Positions 48,564-56,653 of a stretch of DNA of 64,000 bases are shown one piece after another. The notes under the pieces were generated by a model. It made no database searches. It worked only from the letters and a program-made list of their open reading frames with translations, and was not told the origin of the DNA. Position 1 is the stretch's first letter. Each line of letters opens with the position of its first letter. Position numbers and translations under genes: made by a program. The DNA is from an archaeon (lineage in GTDB: Archaea; Undinarchaeota; Undinarchaeia; Undinarchaeales; JBDRKL01), in the NCBI GenBank assembly GCA_043814055.1, contig JBDRKL010000006.1, positions 26,550 to 90,549 on the forward strand, read 5' to 3'.

Positions 48564-48690
48564 CAGATGTAAAAGAATACTTACAACGTTTAGGTTTGAA
48601 TTCCTACCAAGCTAGTACTCTCACTGCGCTGTTTGAAAACCCCGAGAGTGATGCGAAATTGTTGAGCGTGGAGAGCGGAGTTCCATATAC
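48492..48690 (+). repeat. 199-bp direct repeat across the TrmB4/TrmB5 junction
   Basis: 197/199 identical to 46757-46955. Confidence 0.9.
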
Positions 48691-49414
48691 AAAAATTTAT
48701 GAAGCCCTAGATGCAATGGAGCAACGCGGTCTGGTCCAATACACGCTGGGCAAGCCCCGCGTGTATAAGTCTCTTGAGCCACAGACAATTTTTGACACTT
48801 TAATCTCCCAGCAGGAAAAACAGCTCAAGCAGCTGCGAAAATCTGAAAAAGATATCCTAAGCGGAATTCAATTGCAGGACGGCACTGAGAAAGAAGTTGA
48901 CAAGTCAAGGGTTTGGCTTTTCAGCAACCCAGCGTCTCTATATGATGAAGTTTCCCGTTTCTTCACGGTTTCAAAAAAGGAATATTGGGGTACTGGCGTT
49001 ATGAGCTCTGCAAAGGATTCATTCACGCACCCCGGAATGAACAAGAATGTTCTCGATTTTCTTGCCCGCGGGGGCAAGTTCAAAATGATGCTTACAGCGG
49101 ATGGCGGCAATCTGGACAAATGGTCTTTTGTAAAGTCAATGAAACCACAGGTTCTCTACCAACTTATGAAAATTCTAGGCCACAAGAATTTTGAATTCAG
49201 GATAATCGCTAGCAATAGGGTTCAAAATGACCTGGTTATTGGTGACGAGAAGCGCATCCTGTTGTCCTTCAAGGGGGAGGATGGGTGTGTCAAAATGGGC
49301 ATGACTTTTGAGGATCCAAGCATTGCAAAGTTTATGTCAGATCATGTAAAAGCGCTATGGGAAGAAGCTGAGCCGATGGGAAAAACTTGGTTTCGGGGGC
49401 TTAAACAAAAATGA
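48560..49414 (+). CDS. TrmB-family regulator, copy 5
   Basis: Same HTH; ATGA overlap. Confidence 0.88.
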   Translation: MTDVKEYLQRLGLNSYQASTLTALFENPESDAKLLSVESGVPYTKIYEALDAMEQRGLVQYTLGKPRVYKSLEPQTIFDTLISQQEKQLKQLRKSEKDILSGIQLQDGTEKEVDKSRVWLFSNPASLYDEVSRFFTVSKKEYWGTGVMSSAKDSFTHPGMNKNVLDFLARGGKFKMMLTADGGNLDKWSFVKSMKPQVLYQLMKILGHKNFEFRIIASNRVQNDLVIGDEKRILLSFKGEDGCVKMGMTFEDPSIAKFMSDHVKALWEEAEPMGKTWFRGLKQK

Positions 49415-50286
49415 CCGAAGTAAATCAATACCTCCAAAAGCTCGGCCTCAACGACTACCAGTCACGGGCACTCGCCACGCTATTTGACTACCCGGACAGC
49501 GACGCGAAAGAGCTCAGCGATGAGTCCGGAATTCCCTACACGAAAATCTACGAAGTGCTCGACTCGCTCGAGCACCGCAGCCTGGTCAAGTACACAATGG
49601 GCAAGCCGAAGCGCTACCGAGCGCTTGAGCCCAAGTCCGTGTTTGACACCCTGCTCGACCAGCAGCTCAAGCAAGCCAAAGAGCTCAAAGAGCAGGAACA
49701 TGAAATTCTCAAAAACTTCAAGTTCAGCGACGAAGAGCGGACTGAAGTTTCGCTCACGCCGAAGGCGTGGATATTGCCGAACAAGGAAGCGGTTTACAAG
49801 CAGGTTGAGCAGAGCTTGGTAAATTCCAAGAAAACAATCGAAACGATCTCAACTAAGGATAACACTATGCCTGCCTTTACTACTCTTCCTTTGTTAAAAG
49901 CAATGGTCGGCGCGGCAAAGCGTGGCGTAAAGGGTCGATACTTGCTTACTGATGATATGCGTGTTGGCGATATTGCCTCTGCTTTGCTCAAGAAAAAGCA
50001 GTTCACGTCTGCAAAACTCCTGCTGCAGTACCTAACCTCAAAGAACATAGAAATCCGGCTTTTCCCGCCCGAAGCCATACACCACGTCTATATGATATTC
50101 GATTCGAACACAATTGGAATGGCAATGCAGGAAACTGAGGGTGGGGTTAACCGCGGAATGCTGATCCAGGAGCCGCGCATAGCCACAGTAATGAGAGATT
50201 ACTGGGAAACGATGTGGGATAAGGCAGAGCCTATGGGTGGGAAATGGGTTAGGGAGTTGAAAAGTAAAATAAAGGTTAGAGCCTGA
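49411..50286 (+). CDS. TrmB-family regulator, copy 6
   Basis: LGLNDYQSR..IPYTKIYEVLDSLE; ATGA overlap. Confidence 0.88.
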   Translation: MTEVNQYLQKLGLNDYQSRALATLFDYPDSDAKELSDESGIPYTKIYEVLDSLEHRSLVKYTMGKPKRYRALEPKSVFDTLLDQQLKQAKELKEQEHEILKNFKFSDEERTEVSLTPKAWILPNKEAVYKQVEQSLVNSKKTIETISTKDNTMPAFTTLPLLKAMVGAAKRGVKGRYLLTDDMRVGDIASALLKKKQFTSAKLLLQYLTSKNIEIRLFPPEAIHHVYMIFDSNTIGMAMQETEGGVNRGMLIQEPRIATVMRDYWETMWDKAEPMGGKWVRELKSKIKVRA

Positions 50287-50737
50287 ATATCAACAACGCA
50301 ACAGTACATCCATGCTTTTCATTGATATTCTCTATGTGTGCAACTCTCGTGCCTTTCTCTGTTATCTCGAGCTTTCTGGTCTCAGCCATCTGCTTTAGCT
50401 TCTCACTGATTCTAGCTTCAACTTGCTCTGGCTTCAGGTTCCCGGACTCTTCCATGGCAAAGCCATAGTCTTTGGTCTTGGCAAACCCAACGCCAGCGCT
50501 TATCTCTTCACCTTTTGAGCCATATGCTCTTGAAAAGACACAGTGAGTTATCTCTCCTGGTTCTATTTCTGGAATCTCTTTAGCATACTCACAATTTCTG
50601 GGTAGTATAGAAGAAACCGGAACCAAGTTGCACTGTCCCACTTTAGCATCCAAAATTGCATGATCAAATGCATTTAGCTTAGAAACCTCGCTGAATCCGA
50701 TTCCTTTTGTGAGGAAGAATTTTGAGTAGAGAGTCAT
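50276..50737 (-). CDS. pdaD: Pyruvoyl-dependent arginine decarboxylase
   Basis: LNAFDHA..A.VGQCNLVPVSSILP (Ser-Ser cleavage site). Confidence 0.88.
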   Translation of the reverse strand: MTLYSKFFLTKGIGFSEVSKLNAFDHAILDAKVGQCNLVPVSSILPRNCEYAKEIPEIEPGEITHCVFSRAYGSKGEEISAGVGFAKTKDYGFAMEESGNLKPEQVEARISEKLKQMAETRKLEITEKGTRVAHIENINEKHGCTVALLIFRL

Positions 50738-50778
50738 GTTGAGCTTTATATAGTTTGAGTTATTAAATAACTATCGAA

Positions 50779-52008
50779 ATGATTGAATGTGATGTATTGG
50801 TTGTAGGGGCAGGGCCGGCTGGATGTGCAGCAGCAAGAGCTACAGCTAGGGGTGGGGCTAAAACAATCCTAATCGAAGAACATAAAAAGGTGGGGGTTCC
50901 AGTACATTGTGCAGAAGGTATTGGGCGGTATTTACTCCCTTTTTTACCTTTTAGGGTTCCAAAATCACAATTAAAATGGGGTATCTCCGGTATGACTTTT
51001 TGGGCGGAGGATATCCTAATAAAGCGTGATAGTGGTATATGGTCTGGTTACTCAATTAATAGAACTGAGTGGGATCAATGGTTGGCTTCATTAGCAATAA
51101 ATGCTGGAGCTAACTTAAAAACAGATACTAAACTACTAGATGTCAATTTTAAAAAGGATCATGTAATTACAAGCGTGTCTATACGCACAAAAAATAAGAT
51201 ATCTCATATTAAACCAAAAATTTTAATCGCAGCAGATGGTGTTGAATCAACGGTTGTTGAAAAGCTTGGGGTCAAACAATCAGATTCTGCATCTACTGGA
51301 GCTGTAAAAAGTTACGAAATGCAAAATCTTAATCTAATGTACGCTAACCACGAGCAGTTGTATTTTGGGGATTTTGCACCACTTGGTTATGGGTATATAT
51401 TTCCATTATCCAAAAAAAGGGCCAACATCGGAGTCGGTGCTGTGGATTCAAAGAATAAACTTGACGACTTTTTTGAAGAGTTTACAGAAATCCCTCTAGT
51501 AAAAAAGCAAATTGAAGGCGGTGCTTGTGTAGTGGAAAAAAGTGGGGACGCCCCTATCCGGCCTCAGACAAAAAAATGGAACTATGGCAATGTTTTACTT
51601 GTCGGAGATTCTGCAACTCAGAATTTTAAACCTTTTGTAGAAGGGATTCTTCCTGCCACAATCTGCGGTGATATTGCTGGGATTGTTTCTTGTAAGCATC
51701 TATACAATAATATGGCTCTCTCACACTATCGTGGTTATGTCTTTAAAAAATTAGGTTCTTTGTTTAATATGTCAGATCAAATAACTGATATTCTCTATAC
51801 TTCTCGTAACAATAAAGACAAAAATCTATTATCACTCGGACTCTCGTCCGGCATTTTACGACTTAAATCTCCCTACTCTTTAAACAAAGACAAAGGTTCT
51901 ATAAAAGAGGAAATATTAGGATGGGATCATAGTAACTATAAAAAACTTAAAACGCAGCTATCCGAACTCGCGTATCTCTCCTATCTATCTTTGAAGGCAA
52001 AGTTATAA
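50779..52008 (+). CDS. Geranylgeranyl reductase family FAD oxidoreductase
   Basis: VVGAGPAG, PVHCAEG, IAADG, GYGYIFP, LLVGDSA. Confidence 0.85.
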   Translation: MIECDVLVVGAGPAGCAAARATARGGAKTILIEEHKKVGVPVHCAEGIGRYLLPFLPFRVPKSQLKWGISGMTFWAEDILIKRDSGIWSGYSINRTEWDQWLASLAINAGANLKTDTKLLDVNFKKDHVITSVSIRTKNKISHIKPKILIAADGVESTVVEKLGVKQSDSASTGAVKSYEMQNLNLMYANHEQLYFGDFAPLGYGYIFPLSKKRANIGVGAVDSKNKLDDFFEEFTEIPLVKKQIEGGACVVEKSGDAPIRPQTKKWNYGNVLLVGDSATQNFKPFVEGILPATICGDIAGIVSCKHLYNNMALSHYRGYVFKKLGSLFNMSDQITDILYTSRNNKDKNLLSLGLSSGILRLKSPYSLNKDKGSIKEEILGWDHSNYKKLKTQLSELAYLSYLSLKAKL

Positions 52009-52010
52009 AT

Positions 52011-53291
52011 CTATTCTGCCCATATCGACATATTGAATGTCTCATTTAAATGGAATTGTTTATTGCCCACTATCCGAAGGTCCTCTCCCCCCATATATAC
52101 AACTAAAAAAGGAGTTTCCCCAAAATGGTTTTTCAGAACTGCATATACTTTAAAGATTTGCATTCCCAATGTTTCTAGTCTAGCTGCGCACGACACTCCA
52201 AAACCAAGTTTAGGTTTTTTCGTTTTAGAACTCTCCATAGCAATTTTTACTGTAGATATGAGGCGTTTGCCAGATGTACATCTTATCTCAACATCATCAG
52301 ATTCGATTGGGAACCCACATGCTATATGGTTCCCTAAGAAAGCTCCAATGACATTTGGATATTGGTTCCCTTGTTCATCTTTGGATATCAAGGGATAATA
52401 AAATGTTCTTCTATACAGTCGTTCATCCAATAATTTCTCTGGCCATCCTAAAAGTTCAATCAATCGGCTTGTTGCGGGTTTCCCATCTATCTCACTGATA
52501 ACATAATTCCACAATGCTTTTTTTGTGACTTTAAATTTTATCCCAGCCGGCGTTAATCCGTGTCCAGTAACTAGCTCCGCTTTTATCTGTGATTGTATCC
52601 CTAAACAAATCACGCTGTTTTCTAGTATCTTGCTGGCATAAAACTGATAATTCTTCTGTAGTGCGTTGTTATCTATCGTTGCTCCACCTATGATTGAAAA
52701 ATCTTGAAATTGTTGAGCAAGTTCTTTTAAAACTTCATTCTCCCGCCCAAAGCCTTTTTGAAATACCTTCATAGAGAGAGTTAGTAACGGTACTGCTAAC
52801 TTAGCGAGTGTTCCTTTAAGAACGCGTGTTTGTCCAACACCAGGAAACGTAGGTACAACAGGGCCTGCAATTAGGTCTACCAATACTTTATTTTTATATT
52901 TTGAGTTCCTTAATAGACTCTTAATCTCTTTCGCGCACTTCTCTGCCGATTTTTTTGGATTCCTCTTTGTGTTTCTTCCAACGCCAACACCAATATCCAT
53001 CTCATCTGAATATATTGCTAGCCCAGTGGCCCCTCTTGTAAAACTTCCATAATTGTTTATGAAACCTGCTATAGTTCCTCCTATCATCTGGGTCTCTCTT
53101 GGTAGTTTATTGTGTGCAGATCTCACAAATTTTTGCATACCTCTTCTCTCTTTATCAAAATGAATCGTAGAAAATAATAAGAAAATTTTTGGGGGATGCT
53201 TCATTTTTTCAAGAGCTGATGTAACAACCTCTTCCCCTGCTTTTTGTGGATCCCATGCCCTACTCTGCCCAATTGCGACTTCAAATACCAT
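52011..53291 (-). CDS. FIST-domain signal/sensor protein
   Basis: IGGTIAGFI, IIGGAT.D, HGLTP, ISEIDGKPA, SCAAR, GE..HLNET. Confidence 0.8.
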   Translation of the reverse strand: MVFEVAIGQSRAWDPQKAGEEVVTSALEKMKHPPKIFLLFSTIHFDKERRGMQKFVRSAHNKLPRETQMIGGTIAGFINNYGSFTRGATGLAIYSDEMDIGVGVGRNTKRNPKKSAEKCAKEIKSLLRNSKYKNKVLVDLIAGPVVPTFPGVGQTRVLKGTLAKLAVPLLTLSMKVFQKGFGRENEVLKELAQQFQDFSIIGGATIDNNALQKNYQFYASKILENSVICLGIQSQIKAELVTGHGLTPAGIKFKVTKKALWNYVISEIDGKPATSRLIELLGWPEKLLDERLYRRTFYYPLISKDEQGNQYPNVIGAFLGNHIACGFPIESDDVEIRCTSGKRLISTVKIAMESSKTKKPKLGFGVSCAARLETLGMQIFKVYAVLKNHFGETPFLVVYMGGEDLRIVGNKQFHLNETFNMSIWAE

Positions 53292-53365
53292 ATTGTTTCA
53301 TATCATATCTCTATATTTAATCTTTTTGAACTTGGACACTCCTATGTTTTTTTTCCTGAAACCTA

Positions 53366-53755
53366 TTACCTCTCTGGGACTACGTCTTCAATCATCTTCA
53401 GTATATCCCTTCGCGAATTCTCTATCTCAACCTCTAACAATCCACGATTAGCGAGCGCTGGAACTATGCATACTAATGCTATCTCTGAAATCAAAGTGGT
53501 GAACATGACGGTATAATCCCCAATCTCAAAATAAACCTTGTCCAAACCGTGCTCCTCGAACTGCTTGATTATGTCAAAGAATGGATCCATTGTGTCCTGC
53601 AACAGATACCATATCTCAACATTTTTAATCTTAAAACTCTCCACAGGCGGCATAATGCCCTCGAACCCTTTCCTTGCGACCATGCATGCTAATACATCCT
53701 CCTCTCTCATTAAGTCGTTGAGCACGTTGAGTATTGCGCCTTCTGATTCTTTCAT
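53366..53755 (-). CDS. Roadblock/LC7-like protein
   Basis: LNDLMREEDVLACMVARKGFEG...ALVCIVP..NRGLLEVEIE. Confidence 0.55.
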   Translation of the reverse strand: MKESEGAILNVLNDLMREEDVLACMVARKGFEGIMPPVESFKIKNVEIWYLLQDTMDPFFDIIKQFEEHGLDKVYFEIGDYTVMFTTLISEIALVCIVPALANRGLLEVEIENSRRDILKMIEDVVPER

Positions 53756-54306
53756 TTCACCCTTCTCCTTATCCAAAAGCTGTATTGTTCAATCATGCTG
53801 TATGAAATGTCAAACGCGAAAAACGCTATTGCATACAGAAGCGGGAACCATCCTCCAATGACGAGAGCTATCACTATAAGCTTCATTATCGGTCTGTAAT
53901 ACGCGATTTTCACAAAAAGCCCATCTACCATTTGCCGCCGGTCTATAATCTCGTTTATACCCTCATCTGCTATCGAGGCGAGAATAAGCAAACCTAGCGC
54001 AGTCCAAATAATGCTCATTATGGTGTGAGTTATTGCCATTGGTACCAGTACGACCATAATCGCTCCTATATAAAATGCCATGTTGTCTATCTTGCGCATA
54101 ATCCCAAGGCTTAAAATGAGTGACAGGAATATGGTAGCTGAAATGTTGTCTATTGCCACGAGGTAGCCCATGAGCCCTCCGCACATAACTGCCAAGGTGT
54201 ATGCACAATACTTGTTAAAAATCTCCTCATCAAATACCTGATCTATATACTTGATTCCACCACCAAGGAATGCATAACTCCCAATTAAAAAAAGTTCCCA
54301 CATCAT
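53752..54306 (-). CDS. Multi-TM membrane protein, hypothetical
   Basis: About 6 TM; KYIDQVFDE, KIDN motifs; ATGA overlap with the roadblock-like gene. Confidence 0.6.
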   Translation of the reverse strand: MMWELFLIGSYAFLGGGIKYIDQVFDEEIFNKYCAYTLAVMCGGLMGYLVAIDNISATIFLSLILSLGIMRKIDNMAFYIGAIMVVLVPMAITHTIMSIIWTALGLLILASIADEGINEIIDRRQMVDGLFVKIAYYRPIMKLIVIALVIGGWFPLLYAIAFFAFDISYSMIEQYSFWIRRRVK

Positions 54307-54429
54307 TTCATTATCCTGTACCGGATAGACTTGTCGCTAGCCGAGCCAATACTGGTATCTCCTTTATTTTTTCATTCATACACTCTCTAAACCTAATAAA
54401 TAAACGGTATATAAATATGTTGTTTTTAA

Positions 54430-55140
54430 TTATTTAAATCCTAATCCCAACACTCCACTTTTCTTCTGCGAACCGTCCTTCAGGGTGAATCCATTCTTGT
54501 CAATATCATAAACCTGCGGCTTGAACGTGTGCGCTGTTCCACGCATCTTTCTAACTGTTAGGCTTCGCCTGGAAAGCGCCTCAATCAGGGTCATATGCAG
54601 CACACCGTCAGCCACGAACTCCTCAACTCCAAATCTGGAGAGCCCATCAGACCCCTCTAAAATCTCTGAAGTGAACACTGCAGTAATCTTGAGCTTTCTG
54701 AGCAATCTCATTAAGTCAAATAATTTCATCCTGACCTCGTGCTCGTTCTCCATTGCCATGCCGAACACAGAAGTGGAATCAATCACGAGCCGCTTTGCTT
54801 TTATCGCGAATACGTGCTTTTCCAAAAGGTCTGCGAATTTTTCAACATTGTAGGGCTCTTCATACGCTACAATTAATTTCTTCTCTTTTTCAAGCTTTTC
54901 CAAATCCCAGCCGAATCGAGATGCGTCCCTTATCAGGTTCGGTCTATCCTCCTCAAATGTTAAAAAAACTCCAGGTTCATTATACTTTGTCGCGCCGTTG
55001 TATAAAAATTGCATGCAGAATATTGTTTTGCCTGTTCCTGTCCCGCCGGAAACAAGTATGGAAGAATCTCTCACAAATCCGCCCTCAATCAATTCGTCCA
55101 ATCCAGGTATCCCTGTCTTTACGCGCTCTATCTTTTGCAT
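54430..55140 (-). CDS. KaiC/RAD55-like ATPase
   Basis: TGIPGLDELIEGG, GGTGTGKT, TFEE, LVIDS, EEFVADG, RKMRGT. Confidence 0.9.
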   Translation of the reverse strand: MQKIERVKTGIPGLDELIEGGFVRDSSILVSGGTGTGKTIFCMQFLYNGATKYNEPGVFLTFEEDRPNLIRDASRFGWDLEKLEKEKKLIVAYEEPYNVEKFADLLEKHVFAIKAKRLVIDSTSVFGMAMENEHEVRMKLFDLMRLLRKLKITAVFTSEILEGSDGLSRFGVEEFVADGVLHMTLIEALSRRSLTVRKMRGTAHTFKPQVYDIDKNGFTLKDGSQKKSGVLGLGFK

Positions 55141-55199
55141 AATTCAATTTAACAAAACTACATATTTAAACCTTCCCCTCGCCCTTTCCCTTAACTCAA

Positions 55200-55230
55200 T
55201 AAACTCAATAGAGTTAAATAAAGCTTATAA
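55200..55230 (+). promoter_or_regulatory. Operator-like motif plus BRE/TATA of the 55.3-kb operon
   Basis: TAAACTCAATAGAGTTAA-ATAAAGC-TTATAA, same layout as the sites at 38 and 44 kb. Confidence 0.55.
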
Positions 55231-55273
55231 AGGGTATTTTTTATACTCATATTAACCTTTTAGGGGGTTTATA

Positions 55274-55615
55274 ATGAAAAAACAAGACACAAAAGATGAG
55301 ATTCTTTGGGCTCTGGGCGCCTACTTATTCAACATAATCGGGGCAATCGGGGTATTGGTGCTGGCTAAGGACAAGAAGTTTGCAAGATACCACGCGAAAC
55401 AGTCACTTGTCCTGACACTGGTCTGGATTGTTTCTACAGTGATACTGACATTGGTGATGTGGTTCCCAATAATAAGATACTTCTCCTGGTATCTGCTGAT
55501 GCTCTTGCACGTGACTTTCGTCTTAATGATGGTGCTCGGCATATTGAACGCGCTGCTCGGCAGGCAGAAGCCATTGCCAATAATCGGGGCGCTGGCAGAG
55601 GAAATTAAGCTATGA
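55274..55615 (+). CDS. DUF4870-like small membrane protein
   Basis: ALGAYL..KFARYHAKQSL..GILNALLG..PLPIIG. Confidence 0.7.
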   Translation: MKKQDTKDEILWALGAYLFNIIGAIGVLVLAKDKKFARYHAKQSLVLTLVWIVSTVILTLVMWFPIIRYFSWYLLMLLHVTFVLMMVLGILNALLGRQKPLPIIGALAEEIKL

Positions 55616-56640
55616 AAACTAGAAGTTTATTGGTTATAATGTGCATTTTGGTGCTTGTTGTGGCGAGCGCTGGGTGTACCAAGCCGCCAGAAGAAACTGA
55701 GGGAACAAGTTACTCTGCAAAAACCTCTGAAGAACCTAAGGTATTGGAAGGTTATTCGATAGATAGACTCACTGCCAAAAAAGAAGGGGACTACATCTTA
55801 GTGGAATTTGCCATAAATGATGAAGGGGGAAAGGCGGTAACCCTTGAGGGGGCTGCAAAAATTCTAATCGAAAATATCGATATAGATGTACATGACGATT
55901 ATCTGATACTTTATGAAAACTCGTTTGAAGTGAAGGAAGGTGATTTTAAAAAGTACACTCATATCGAAGAGGGGAACTATTATATAATTGAGTTGAAAAT
56001 ACCATTCGCAGAGGTTGGTAAGACCTTTACTTCACCAGTGTTGGCACAAGGAAGGGGTGGTGTAAAAGTGTCGTATTTAACCGACAAGGGAATTATCCCT
56101 ACTGAAACCACTATGGTGGATGGACTAAATAGTTATACGCTAGAGGAAGAAAATGAACTCATCGATCCTGGTTTTGATGCGAAAAAGGAGGTAATAAATG
56201 CAGAGATTTGCGGAGGAGACTGGAGTTGCACCATTGAATCATTTGGGTATTTCGTACCTATAACTCAAACTAATGATGATTTCTTTTATACAACAACTAA
56301 ATATTTCAGAATAGACCTTAAGCTTAAGTATCTTGGAAACGGTGCAGGAGACTTTAAAGGGATGTACCTCTATGATGAAACTGGTGCAGAGTACTATGGT
56401 ATAGATAATGCCCATTGGGGTCCGGCTGGACGTAGTTACCCAACCCATATATATGAAATGAGGGCAGGGGAGGAGAAATTCCTCAGATTATACTTCTATC
56501 ATAACGACGATGATCTCCGGGCTAGACTTGTCTCAATTGATACACTTAAACTCACTGCAAAAACCACATTAAGCGCATTAGGTGGTAGTGGATCACAAAC
56601 ATTCGAGTATGAACTCCCAATAACAGAGGTAGAAAACTGA
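55612..56640 (+). CDS. Putative lipoprotein
   Basis: Lipobox ASAGC; beta-rich domains. Confidence 0.6.
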   Translation: MKTRSLLVIMCILVLVVASAGCTKPPEETEGTSYSAKTSEEPKVLEGYSIDRLTAKKEGDYILVEFAINDEGGKAVTLEGAAKILIENIDIDVHDDYLILYENSFEVKEGDFKKYTHIEEGNYYIIELKIPFAEVGKTFTSPVLAQGRGGVKVSYLTDKGIIPTETTMVDGLNSYTLEEENELIDPGFDAKKEVINAEICGGDWSCTIESFGYFVPITQTNDDFFYTTTKYFRIDLKLKYLGNGAGDFKGMYLYDETGAEYYGIDNAHWGPAGRSYPTHIYEMRAGEEKFLRLYFYHNDDDLRARLVSIDTLKLTAKTTLSALGGSGSQTFEYELPITEVEN

Positions 56641-56653
56641 AGTACAATAAACC

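Noticed and set aside
45006-50286. Diversity-generating retroelement or shufflon explanation for the TrmB variation
   Set aside because: No reverse transcriptase, invertase, inverted sites or adenine-specific TR/VR pair is visible
54311-54379. 22-aa ORF upstream of the membrane-protein gene
   Set aside because: No motif or other evidence; could be chance
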